The notes below the pieces were generated by a model that was not told where the DNA came from, searched no databases, and saw only the letters and a program-made list of their open reading frames with translations. From contig CP089276.1 of NCBI GenBank assembly GCA_023920165.1, positions 4,340,001-4,404,000 on the forward strand: 64,000 nt of DNA. Direction: 5' to 3'. Positions 11,862-24,891 of the stretch are shown in pieces. The position numbers and the translations under genes are program-made. The stretch is from Curvularia clavata (Eukaryota). Each line of letters begins with the position of its first letter. Position 1 is the first letter of the stretch.

Positions 11862-13745
11862 ATGGGTCTCTTTACAGATCTCACGCTCGCAAGAAGCAAG
11901 ACTAAGGAGGAAGCGATCCCAGTCGAGCCCGTCACTGGTGTTTCTATCGACGCCGAAAAGGCTGCGAAAGCGGCTGCCCTATCTGAAAAGAATAACAGCA
12001 ATGTTCAGTTCACTGCCAATGCTCAGGCGGGTGTCAAGAGAATTGAAGCAGCTGCGGCTGTCTGGTCGAAATGGCATCTTGTCGGTGCCTATGTGATGTA
12101 GGTTACTGTAACACTGCACCACGATATCACCTGCTGATAGCCTTCAGTATCTGGTTCATATACCTCGTGACTGCTTTGCAAGAATCCGTTGTTCGAGCCT
12201 TAAATCCCTACGTCGTCAGCGCCTTCAGGTTGCACTCCCTCACTGCCGCTACGAGTATTATGTCCTCGATCATTGGCGGTCTGTTCAAGATCCCACTTGC
12301 AAAGTTGCTTGATACTTGGGGACGCCCCCAGGGTCTCCTTGTCTCTCTTTTTGTCTGGATTGTTGGATACATCATGATGGCTGGCTGTCAGAATGTCGAG
12401 ACATACGCGGCTGCTCAAGTCTTCTCGTCTACAGGGTAAGTCAACTTCGAGTCCTCATAGACCACCATACTGATGCCAGTCCAGATCCCAAGCTGTTTCG
12501 TACATCATTACCGTCTTCATCGCCGACACCAGCACTCTGAGAAACCGAGCTCTCATGCTGTCGTTCGCAACATCGCCCTACATCATCACCACCTGGATAG
12601 GAGGTCCTGTCGCACAATCTACCTTGCACGGTCCCGGATGGCGATGGGGTTTCGGGATCTTCGCCATCGTGATTCCTATCGTCGTAATCCCACTCGCAGC
12701 TGTTGTGCTCTTCAACGATCGGAAAGCCGGAAAGCTAGGACTGCTCGACGAGAAAAAGGTCAAATGGACGCCAAATACCATCAAGAAGTTTTGCGTGGAC
12801 ATTGATCTCGTGGGAATTCTGATCCTGACCGTTGGAATGGCTTTATTCCTGCTACCGTTCAGCTTGTGGTCCTATCAAGGCGAGCAGTGGAGGTCGCCCA
12901 TGATTATATGCATGATCGTTTTCGGCTTCGTTCTTCTGCTGGCGTTCCCTATCTGGGAGAAGTTCTTCGCGCCTGTCACTTTCATTCCTTACGAGCTACT
13001 CCTTGATCGCACCGTCTTCGCCGCTGGCTGCATGTTCGTCTGCGTTTTTTTCAACAGCTCGGTGTGGGGCGCGTACTTCTCTTCTATGCTGCAGGTCGTC
13101 TGGAATCTTAGCATCACCGAGGCTTCGTATGTGACCCAGGTCTTCCGTGTCGTTCAGTGCGGATGGACCTTTTTCTTCCTCGGACCTCTCATCCGCTACA
13201 CTGGAAGATTTAAGTGGACCCTGGCATACTTTGCGGTGCCTCTCGACATTCTTGCAATCGGCCTTATGATCCACTTCCGCCAGCCCGGCACAAGCATCGG
13301 CTACATAGTGATGACACAAATCTTCACAGCCGTGGCTGGAGGAACCATTGTCATCGGCGGTGAGCTCGCCATGATGGCGCCCTCAGATCATCAGCACATT
13401 GCTGTCATCCTTGCCGTCCTCAATCTTTTCTGCTCTATCGGTAGTGCAGTCGGTTCAACTGTCAGCGCGGCGATCTGGACAGCCACTTTCAAAAACAACT
13501 TGACTCGGCAGGTTGGGATACCTTTCGGCGTCGACGTAAGCAACATCTACGCCTCCCTACCCAAGCAGCTGTCGTACAAATGGGGCTCTCCTGAGCGTCT
13601 GGGAATAGCGCTCGCGTACGGAGACTCGCAAAGGCTTATGCTCATTACCAGCCTCTGCATGTTGTCTTTGGCTCTCATTTGCACCATCTTCATCCGCGAT
13701 ATTAACGTCAAGAACAACAAGCAAGTCATTGGTCGTGTAGTCTAG
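11862..13745 (+). CDS. Siderophore-iron MFS transporter (SIT/ARN, MirB/Sit1-like); introns 12098-12147 and 12436-12484
   Basis: Motifs AQAGVKRIEAAAAVWSK, PLAKLLDTWGRPQG, FIADTSTLRNR, GWRWGFGIFAI and GSPERLGIALAYGDSQR. Many TM helices. Splice joins restore the frame. Confidence 0.92.
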
Positions 13746-14530
13746 GACGTTTGTGTTAGGTTGGATGTGGAGGATCGAGATCAAGCGTAATAGGGTGTTG
13801 AGGAAGCAGTTGTAAGAGAGAAATTCGAGTCGAGCGTCGCTATAAGATCCTTAGAAGTACTCTAGATGGTCAGAGCATGTTACACCTCCATAACTGCCTA
13901 TTGCCTAAGACGTAGCTCGGATAGACTGGCTTGTTTAAACCAGAATAAGACCTAGAGTAGATCTAATAAATATTCATACCAGAGTATATAATGTACCTCA
14001 CAGGCGGGTGAGTCATTTAAAATCTCGCCAAAATCTCAAAACTGCAGGGGTCTATAACTATGGATCTAAATAATAGAAGGCGAAAGGTCTTCTATGTTCT
14101 ATTCCAATTATGACGAACCACATGGAACGTATAGTATGGTAGAATAAAAGTTACATGCACCAAAGAGAATATGCATACTTCCATGACCGACTCTTTGCAC
14201 ACGCGCAACATCCGTCTTACGGAAGCTCCGGCCCTGCCCAACATATCTTGATCCCAATCGGTAGCTCAACATCTACGAATATTACTGCCCACAGAACAGA
14301 GCATCCAGGGCCTGCTAGTACTCTTCCGAGGTTTCATGATCAAACAAATCACGATCTTATCAGATTCAATAAATTAGCGAGGTAAATGTTTGTGCATAAT
14401 ATAATACCCACGTTTGAAATCTTAGATTCAAGTTTTGATATTTCTTTGTCGTTCCAAAGAACTGGCTACTTACGTGAGGCTGCTTACAATGGGCATGTCT
14501 AAGAAGTAATATACCGATTGTCGGTCACCT

Positions 14531-17500
14531 TTAAGATCCTGTGTTTCCCTGTTCAAATTCCAAACTCGCAAAATAGATACTCCAAAAAACTGAAAACGAA
14601 ACCACCATAATAGACAAAGGCACCGATGCCTTCTGCAAATCTCCGTCGTGGCCCCATGAGAAGAGCCGCATGAAGAAGAAAAGAATGCAAGACGACGCAC
14701 ATATGAAGTTGTACAGCAAAAGGCGTGGCACTGACGGTTTTTTGCGTGCAACGATACCCCCAAAAGTTTTATGCTTATCTGAATCTTCGACAACAGTCGA
14801 CTTACATTTGGGGAACAGTTTGAGAAAGTCTCGAGTGGACTCGTTGAAGCTTGTGCGCTTGTGATAGAAGTGGAAAATCGGGCGTAGATTGTAGCATGCG
14901 TGGAATCGATCGTAGAATTGGTGCTGGCCGATTGGGGGTATGAAATCCATTGGACTCGGCTCGAACTGATAGTCATACAGATTACTCCCATTTAGAAACT
15001 CCTCTCGTCTAGGTTCGTAACGATGAGCTTTGTACTTCTCGCACTAATATGAGTTAGTAGTGCTTTAATGCATAATTGACAAAGATATCGTTGCACAGAG
15101 AACATCTTACCCGATAAAAATCACAATGGGGATATTCCCAGATACTCACCCATCTTCTAGAAAGAGGCCGTAGATCGTTGTATTGCCGCCGCAATTCGTG
15201 GAAGAATTTGTACGTTGTGATAATGTCAAGTTTAATCTGAGCAAGACGACAATCATTTCCGGCAGCAACCAGAAAGAACACATGCTGAAGCGGTAAACGT
15301 AGAGGAGAAACACCGGTAGTGGTGTTCGGGCCTGTTCCAGGACCAGTTTCGTTAGAAGGCGAGCTACGGTTATCAAAGCTTTGGCTACTGTTTGCAATGC
15401 TTTCAGTAATTCCATCACTTGAAGTATTGGCATTAGATGGCGACGGCTGTGAACGAGCAACTTCGGGAGCTTGAATAGGTGCGTGGTATGCAACTCGTTA
15501 AAGTCGGGCGGCATATGCTATGGCGATCCGGGTCACTGTCTTTGCGAAACTTGAAGGAACTTCTGTCCATCTTTTCTCTCCGCACATCTGTCACGTATCA
15601 GACCACTTGATTTCGCAATGCCAGAATCTGGGAATCTACTGCTTACACAAGACCAGTGGAGTCGCGCTTCTCCAGAATCAAACGCTCGCTGTGGGCGCTT
15701 GAGCGGCCACCAGCCCCAGTCTTTTGTCCAATCTTCGAATTTGTTCTTGAGATCGTCAAAATAACTGATTGTGTTATTGTCAGACCATTTGATGGAGCTT
15801 GGGTCTGTGTCTAGCAGCTCAGCCATAACATGTTGCAATTTACCACTTCGGTTGAAACTATCCTTTTCAACATCATTTGGTTCGTGTGTCGTTATGAGTC
15901 CCATCAGAGACTTGCGAAAGGATGCAGATCTAGAAGGATCGCTACATATCTTCCATTCCAGATATGCATATGTCCTAGGCTCTTCCCAGCCTCGAAAACT
16001 CTTTTCAAGATCGTAGCTTAGCCCGCCATCAACGAAGCAATTTGTCGAAGATCCGACTGGTTTTATGTCCTGGATTATAAGCCGTTCTTTGCTTGATCAT
16101 CGAATACCTAAGAATTCTGTGGGTAATTGCAGTTCGACTTCGTTTCCAAACGTTCGTTGATGGAATAGCCAGAAGCAATACACAGGCCATCGAGTAGAGA
16201 TGTCCAAGAGGGTAAAGGCTCAGCTAAGTCAATCGGCACTGTGACATATGAAACAATAAAGATACCGGATTCAGAATTTTCCGACTTCCAAACGGTGTCG
16301 CAGTAGAATGGATATCGGCGTGCATCGGACGGCTGTTGTTGTTGTTCATTAGGTCTGCAGGTGGCGCCGAGCCATGCCAGTTGTTTGGCCACTGCAACTC
16401 GGAATTCTCTTACCCACCTGGTCGATACCGATACTCTACCTTTTTCCAAAACGACTCGTGTGCCTGAAAAATCTTCGTCCGAATGAGAGACTATGATCAA
16501 TGTGTTAAAAGAAAATATGCACATGTCAGCGATGTCAGGAAATACTAGAAAAGAAATCTCACTGTATGGATCTGATGTTGCTTTCTGAAGAGCAGGCAAA
16601 AAAGAACATTCAGTTGTATATTCCAGGTGTGGAGAACAAAATTCGCAACGGTTTCGAGCTGTGCAGCTTGTGTGTGACCCGTGATTGTAAAGACAGAGCT
16701 TAAATCATCGTTCAACCCATGACTTCGAGGCTCTTCCAGAAAGCCGACTAGGTCCCAGTCTGCGTGAAACTGTACCTTGAATGTCTCAGCAGTAAGTGCA
16801 GTCGGTTTTGATGTATTTCTTGTGATTCGAGAAAGACTTTGCCTGATGTGTTCCAGAGCATCATACTGGAAGTGCTTCATCAGTCGCTGTATATCTGAAT
16901 TCAAGGCCCCGAATGCAGGATGATTCTTAAAGTACCCATGTAGAGCTACAAAATCGAGACGAGTTTGCAATACGAAAGAGTGGCAGTCTGAGCTGTCTGA
17001 GCTCTCTGAATCAGCCTCATGTTCATGATTTAGATCGAATAAGGGTGCTTGACTTCCAACAACGATCGACTCCATTCTTTGGATTTTTTGCTCTATTGGC
17101 TCTAGCGGGATATCATATCCAAGGAGAGGTTTTTGCTGAATGCTCTCTGGTTCTGTACTAGTAGAACGCTGATCGCCAACAAGCAGCCTTCGTACAAACC
17201 CATTCAATATGGGTCGACGAAAGCGATATATAGCTTTGGCAATTTTCCTTTTTGGGTTTAACTCGATGACGTCCCGCGGATTATCCTTCTGGACCGTTTG
17301 ACTGAATTTCTTGATTTTCACCTGTAATATATCGAAGAGCATGCTCCAAATATTCAAGAGGAAGCCAGGATTGCAAGCTCTTTCGCAGAGTGCATCTGTA
17401 AAACACGCAATTACTTCTAAGTCTTCGTCTGGTGTCATCTCGAACGTATCATATGACGCCACTGAAGCATTGTCGTCTCCTTCAAAATCTCCTCCCGGAG

Positions 17501-19783
17501 GCTGGAAGACCGGGAAGGTGTGAGAATCACAAGCTGAGGTCCCCTCAGTCAGCTTCTCTTCTTCTGAGGAGAAAACAGTCGATGCTGATTCATCCAGATA
17601 ACGACTGTCTTTCCATGACGAGCCTGTACTTTGAGCCTGTTGCTTTGTGTTGTGGAAGTCAGGTTCGTTGTCCAAATGAAAAATCACTTCGTTGCCACGG
17701 CCTTCGTTCCCAACAGCTGCCACTACTGCCTCCTTTGTGATCGGAATGTCTGCTCCTTTTCGGTCAAAGAGGAGCGTCATAACTTCTCTATTCCATGCTG
17801 CTGCTACTACCTCCTTTGTAATTGGAATATTTGCTCCTTGCTGATCAAAGAGAAATCGAATAATTTCCTTGCCACTCCTTTGTGACTGGGATGTTCGCTC
17901 CTTTCTGGTCAAAGAGGAGTCTTAGAACGTCTTTTCCACTGCTTTCGTTCCTAGTAGCAGCAGCTACTACTTCTTTTGTGATCAAAATGTCTGCTTTTCG
18001 CCAGTTCCTGCGCTTGAAAAGAAGGCTCTTCCTCCCTATGTTCCCGGAAATAATTGCTTCTACCCACGGAAGGACCCCTGAAGAGCAAGCCATATAAAGC
18101 GCTGACTGATCAGAAGGCTTGAACCCTGAGTAGGCTGCCCACAAATGATTTCGTAGGGGAGAATCTTCCTTAAAGAATGGCTGAGCATATTCAAAGAGCT
18201 GGGTCGCAAACATTGGGCATTGGTTCGCATGCACCGGCCAGTTAACCACGGCATACAACAATAACAGTGATCCTCGATATGTTGATATTGTTTCCAAGTC
18301 CATGCTCTGATAGACTAAATCACTTTGCGTGATACAATTGAGGCACACTCGTGTTAGCTCATAATGCCCGTAGTGAGGTTCAAATCGGAACACCTCTAGC
18401 ACTGCAAAAGTGTCGCGCTCTTTACGCAGCAGGTAGCCTCGCGCTGACTGATGAACCAAGCGTATCTCTTGTCCTTGCATCTTTAAAAAAGACCCACACC
18501 TTACAACAGCGTCGCGGGTTGACTGCTCTACAGTTATATGAGATGGACTGGCCTGAAATCTTACTGCCGCAGCTAGTTGTTGAAGCGTTAAGGGAGAAAC
18601 AGCTATAGACACCCACTCTAAGATTGCACGGCTCAACTCCCTAGGGGTTGCTGGGATCTGCTGCAGCATGCGTTGATATATCGCTGAGAGACCACTAGGA
18701 AGACCTGTAAGAGCCTCCTGGATCTCCTTGTTCGTCCTCTTTTGTAACAACTCCTGGACTACGTAGCCTACCCACAGGAATGTATCTTCAGCATGCGCTA
18801 GGAGGTATTTTTGTATAAATGCTTGAGAATTGTCGTTCAAGCTATGGATCATTGATAGCTCCTCGACTCGGGCAGATTCGAACGGCTTGATATCTCTGTC
18901 CACTTTCTCGTTGTTGTCATGATCAAGTCTTATTCTAAGACAACCATGTAGACGAAGTATTTCTCTACTCACGATTACCAGTCTTAACGTACCGTTGCTC
19001 GACAATGAAGTCTCACTAGTAAGCATATCAACCACCTACAAAAATAACACTCTTGGTGTGCGCCCCTCCACGCCCTCGTCGAGCCCGTCAATCATACAGA
19101 ACATTGTCCCCAGCTCAGCATCAGTGACAAGTTTTACAAATATAAGCCATAGTGACTCTAGAGACGATAATATTTGCTGTGTCATATCCGAAGTCTCAAA
19201 GTATGGTAGCATGTGCTTTACTAGATGTGGTCGTTTTGTGATGATTTGGTGCACTAGTCCGCGCAGGACTGCTATAGCCGTGTTACGCTTCTCGTCTTCA
19301 GCGCAGAAGAAGAACACCAGCTCTCCATCAACTACGCGTGCTGTGTGCATCTCTAACACTTCTGTCAAGAAGACCGAGAGTATCGTCTTGCCCTTGCCTG
19401 GGCCACCAGAGATCCACAGCAGGCGTGTGTTGTTGTTACTGTCATTGCCATTACTATCCATATCGAGTCACTCCTTGTAGCTTCTATTCCGTATGGTTCA
19501 TTCGTAGGTGTCCGGGACTCTCGTACCCTTTGCGCTGATTACTTGCTCGCGGACGACGTAGGGATCAGTTATGAAGAGCGCGTTGCGACAGTTGACGGCT
19601 GCTCGTTCTGTTTCTATAAGGTGGGCATGTCAGTAGCGATTGTTATAACAAAGAACTAGTCAGTTTACCTCGGATTTCAGAACTGAGAGAATATAAATCG
19701 CCAACAGAAACTACAGAGGGTTGCGAGTGGTTATGAGCGGAGAGGCCGCTGATGCGCTCAGGGTGGAACAGATCTTCAGACAT
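14531..19783 (-). pseudogene. Disrupted chimeric NLR: short N-terminus + NACHT + ~35-aa helical repeats + long unrelated C-terminal region ending in two TM-like segments
   Basis: ATG 19783, intron 19614-19668. Walker A WISGGPGKGKT, Walker B MIDGLDE, plus FLWV, LPSGL..IY and LVHQSA. Repeats of type ITKEVVAAA..N...GK.V...LFDQKGANIP. Stops at 19498, 19468 and 19036; frameshifts near 17880, 16600 and 16140. Confidence 0.82.
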
Positions 19784-20044
19784 CTAGCTGGGGTGCAATC
19801 TTGGATACTTCCTGCACATAGCAATTGAGTACATCGAAAAGGGCCATTTCTCTGATGTGACGAAACGTATATGCTAGTCGCGCACGGATAGAGCAATGAA
19901 TTTGATAGATGCGACCTCATCTGCAGCCAAGAAGAGTAGGATAGGCCAAGATGCGGAGTTCCGCAACGTACAATGTCCATGCGCAATAGTACACGTCGCC
20001 GCGTCCTGCACGCGAAACCCATAACAAAACTGAAATCCTTAACA

Positions 20045-20306
20045 TGATAGCTAACTCGTGTATTTTACCTATACTCATAAATTAAATTAATAATCTAAGC
20101 TATTAGGGCTTAATGTTTAATATCATATACTTAGATAGTATACAAGATGCTCTGTTGCTGTGTTGCGCCAAGCACTACAGATTACAGAGCACGTTACGTG
20201 ACTTCTGATGTGATCTGCCTGCAGAATTGCGCCGCGGTGTCCTAGGTTGTGATCCTCCAAGCTGTCTACTACTCCATGCGTATCATCGTTTTCCAGGGCT
20301 GTAACA
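20045..20306 (-). repeat. Solo LTR related to the gypsy LTR at 9230-9546
   Basis: Shared blocks AGGGCTTAATG, TGCTCTGTTGCT, TTACGTGAC, ATCCTCCAA and TTTTCCAGGG..GTAACA. No clear TSD; left edge approximate. Confidence 0.8.
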
Positions 20307-21950
20307 TTTATATGCTTCCCCAGAAGGCTCCTTACACTCCCAGAACTGAGCTGAGTTTCAGCCTAAACATAGAGTTTAATCTTCCGTACCCTGACCGCTG
20401 AACCCTTTACTTTGGCTGTGATTCACTCACAGTAAGGCCAGACTCGATTGGCCTGGAATTGAGGATGTCTTAGATTAGCCTACAATTACGCAGGTATAGA
20501 CTCCAAAGCATTGAATTCCTAAGACAGTAGCCAGTAGGTATATAAGATATACGGCAAAACTGAACCATAATCGTATTATGAATCCAGCAAGTATTGGAAT
20601 TTAGAGTTCCTATATGTTGAGAATAGCTTGGTGAATGGATAGGAACGAGGGAAATGAAGCCGGGTAGTGTAATCAGGCTGTCATTTCGCTCTCGTCATTG
20701 TCAAACAAGGCTGAGCTGAAATATGCTGAAGGCTCGATGCCTTTTATTCTTGGTATTCAACATCACCAATGAGACCAGCCGTAGGGCTGCGCTGTGAGCT
20801 TCAGGTGTCGGAGACGCCTCCGCGAGGCAACCACAGGACAAAGTTATGCCTGAGAAGAACGGAGTTTGGTACACCTCTGCTTGTAGGAGCTTCTGTGGGA
20901 ATCAATAACAGCGCTACTGGCATGTCTTCTGACGCGGCGGTCACACCCTTCCAGATCCCCACTTCGGCCCAGTATCAGCCGTGACGCCCGTGCGAAACCT
21001 TCTCTCACGGTATCCGAATCAGCCGGGACTTTCATCCTCCCTGCCACGGCGACCACACAAGCTCCGGACTCGAATAAATGTATGGCGACGGTCACTGCAA
21101 TTGAGTGGATACGTCCTACGAACTGCCTAGGCGCAGGACATGCGTGAGATGGAGTGGAGATTTGCCGAGCCGATGCGATGGGGTGGCTGCCGGTAGCTAG
21201 GCGGTAAATGTGGTTACGGAACATATGTCTTGGGCTATAGGTTTCTTGCCAATGATTATCTATAGAGGCCTGTCAGTTCATTGTTAGTACTAAACAAGGC
21301 TACGTTGCAGCAGAAAAATCCTTTATTCGTATGTGTGAGTTGATACTCCATCCTCGAAGCAGCTCCAATGTACGCGTTGGCACGGTAGCTGTAGCGCGAG
21401 ATGGGAACTTTGCTTCAAGCACCAGCACAATTCCCCTTTGATTATCCGGCTGTCCTCGGCTTCAGTTTGATTGGCGTTGATTGCTATTACACCGCAATCA
21501 AGTCTTCGGCTGTTTAACCCGGAGCCTGCTTGTAATGGACACGCTTTTCCAAAGAGGTGACTCCTAGAGTAGCTTTTCCCTCAGGAATAGCAATCATGGT
21601 ATTATTTGCTTCTGCTAGTCATGGGGCTCATTAGGGCGAATTAGCGTGCTGTCAGCCTAGGGCTCAATTGAATGATAAGGCCATGTATTGTAGCTTCAAA
21701 ACCTGATACTTATTGAATGCAAAAGCTAATATTTTACCGGTGAATCATTCCGTGCCCTGTTCCGCTGTCCTCGCAAAGCCGTCATGCGTACGAAAAATTT
21801 CGTTTGTGCGAGGGTACGGTGTACAGCCACACCGCATAGCCCACTATTTATTGCCGCTTATGCCCCCTCCCTAGGCAGTTCTCTTTGCTTTATCGACACC
21901 GCGCGACAACAAAGCAACAGCAGCATATGTTTGCAACTCTTGTCTAGACC

Positions 21951-24075
21951 ATGATGAGAACGACCAGGCATGACACAGTTCAGAGCAAGTGCTGTCCTGT
22001 GTGCAACTGCTTGGGCTACTGCGCCGAGCAGAATCAAAATGATAGAGTCCCTCGATCTAGGCCGAAGGTTCTTACCTCGCGCACGTTTCGTGACTTCGAG
22101 GCATCTGCGAAAGACGGTTGCCGGTATTGCGACTATGCTTTTCAGGGTTTTGTCCTTTTGGGATCTACTGCAGAGAATCCGGAGGTAGAGCTGATATTAT
22201 ATGTTGACTCACCCACCGAGTTGCACTCAGCAACTAATGAGAATTTTTGCGATGTTGTGGAGATTTATCCATCTTCAGGTATGCTTGGTAGATAGTGAAT
22301 GTGTTAGCTTTGCTGGAGCTGATGTATGCATGGTAGATACGGAATCACCTTTTCCAAAAGTCGCAAATGATGTACCAAGAGACGATATCCGAAAAACATC
22401 CTTAGAATTCATTCAGGAGAATTACGACTGTTGCTGTAATTTCCATCCAACGTGCGCTGAGGACGCACCAAGCCTTCCAAAACGGGTTGTGGATATCTCC
22501 AAAGAAAGGTATCGACTTATTGAACCAGAAAACGGGACAAATGCGGCATATGCCACGTTATCTTATAGTTGGGGTGGCAAGAACTTCATGACAACTACGT
22601 TAGGAAGCTACGAAAGGTTAAAGGACGGCTTTGAGAAAGACGAGATGCCTTTGGCTTTCCAAGAGGCAGCCGTGATTGCTCAATATTTGGACATCGATTA
22701 TATCTGGATCGATAGCCTATGCATTGTCCAGGACAACGAAGATGACTGGGAGAGCCAAGCTGCCCACATGGGACAAATCTTCGAATCAGCCGCCGTCACC
22801 ATCGCTGCCTCTTTATCTCACAACCCGCACGAATCTCTATTTGTCAGGAAGAACCCTAGGTATGAAGAATTCGAGCTTTACAACGATTCTCATGGTAACT
22901 ACAACGGTGCTGTTTTCAAAGCAAGAAGAAAAACTACCTTTGGTATACATGCCAAGACTGGTCGGTCAAAGGATGTAGATCACCTCGATACACGTGCTTG
23001 GGGCTTGCAAGAAAAGCTTTTATCACGACGTCTGATAGCTTTTACCGGCGCTGAAATACAATGGACATGTCGAACATCAAAAGTATGCGAATGTCGCAGT
23101 AAGACTTACACGCCAGAACCACTGTTACTCCCATCTGCCAAAGAAGCTGATATTAAGAATGAACATGGGTATGCAAAGGCTTGGAGCAGAATTGTAGAGC
23201 CTTACTCAGATCGCAGTCTCACATTCCCAGATGATCGACTCCCGGCAATAAGTGGTTTAGCGAAGAAGTTCCAGCAGACCACAGATTTTACTTACATCGC
23301 AGGCCTATGGAAAGAAAACATTTGCTACGATTTGATGTGGCAATGCGACATCATGACTTCAGCCCTTCTAAGTACTCCAATGGTCGATTCTGCAGCATCG
23401 TATGTCACATCAACAAGAGCATACTTAGCTCCAAGCTTTTCCTGGGTTTCCGCACGTGGTGCCGTAAACTATAGGTTGGCACGCCATTCATATCCGGGCA
23501 CTCGCATTCAGCACATGAGCCTAGTAAATTATAGATGCAGTACTATTGGACTCAATCCGTTCGGCAAAGTTACGGACGGATCACTAGATGTACGCGGTAC
23601 CACCATCGAAGCGTGGTTGCGGAGCAGTTCCGGAACTCCTGATGATTATGAGCTATGTATCATGGATACTATATACCAGCCAAATGCTGATCAGCGAAAA
23701 GCCTGTGAATTCTCCATCGATTTGCAACATACGGCAGGGATATGGGCCAACACTGGAGAACAACCAGCACAAGCTTTGGGTAGTAAACGCCTACGTATAG
23801 GAATCGGAGATATAGAAACGCCAGTTGTATTGCTTGGTGTCTACTCGATCCACCACCGGAACTACTTGTATCAAAACTTCCTGATCCTGAGGTCATCTCC
23901 TCGAGCGATCAATACATACGAGAGACTCGGCATAGGGTCAGGCAAAATCTATAACAGAGACGAAATCCCTGCACAGTCGCAACTCGTCCAGCCGTTTGAA
24001 TGGCTCTCGGTTGACCTTGGGGAAAGAGCCCACGCTCTGAAAACTGTCGTTGATCAGGTGATCCGAATCACATGA
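21951..24075 (+). CDS. HET-domain (heterokaryon incompatibility) protein; intron 22279-22336
   Basis: N-terminal CxxC...SAxxGCxxC, then LPKRVVDI, YATLSYSWG, YIWIDSLCIVQD..DW, LDTRAWGLQEKLLSRR, YS.RSLTFPDDRLPAISGLA and APSFSWVS. Confidence 0.92.
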
Positions 24076-24710
24076 TCATTCGTCATGCTGTGTTGTGTTA
24101 AGACATGTCAGCTGAAAAGATGTGTCTTCGTACCTTCACATGGTGGCGGAAAGACTATGGGGATTCCTGTGGGTAGACATCTCAGAGATGCTCCACACAA
24201 TAGTCTTTATTTGTGGCAGCCCATTCATCGCATCCGTCGACTTTGCACCTTGAGGCTGGCATTGATATTAAATTTGGTCTGCAGGTCTAATGGCGCACAA
24301 TTGTTGGAGGGTGTGCGGGAGGGAGGGAGGGGGCGGGCGGGGGTGGAACCTCGTTATGTGAAGGATGAGACTAGTGGATGAGCTGGCAGCCGATAAGAAA
24401 GGGGTTTAGGAGATGAAGACAGACTTTGCTGCCTACAGTTCAGCCCAACCCCGCACTTACGTTGTCTTAAGCACAACTGAGCTGAAGCGCGCTTCGCGCC
24501 AGCCTTGCACCGGTCACACCACTTCGGTTAAGCCATACACGAAACGTATAAACTGCATATCGCTTCCAACGCCAAGAGACTAGGGATGGGTAGTGGTATT
24601 TTATATCTACAGCCTTTCGTAAATACCATACTGTATTTACACCCACCAGAGGGACCATACAGATGAGCTCGATGAGTAAGGTATGGATCTCGGAGATAGT
24701 TCGTCACACG

Positions 24711-24891
24711 GTTACGATCAAAGACCAGAGCAAGCAAGGTCAGAGGCCTGGCAGGTATTAGAAAGTTATGCGTAAGATAGAACAATAACAATCACAACAC
24801 GTGATTACATAGGCCACAGTGGGGCATGCCATGGGGCTCCTGGAAGAGGCACGTGCGCTAGTGGATCGCGCCCAGGAAATAGATCGTAACA
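24711..24891. repeat. Probable gypsy-type solo LTR; a second LTR-like end (...GTTCGTCACA, 24708) abuts it on the left
   Basis: Perfect 9-bp terminal inverted repeat GTTACGATC (24711) / GATCGTAAC(A) (24882-24891). Same TGTTACG-type terminus as the other gypsy LTRs in the window. Confidence 0.5.

Noticed and set aside
13878..14002. TGTTACA...CTCACA segment as a solo LTR
   Set aside because: Short, no TSD, and no second copy in the window.
20844..21224. 126-aa ORF starting FRNHIYRLA (F-box-like)
   Set aside because: Similarity is limited to a few residues; the rest does not look coding.
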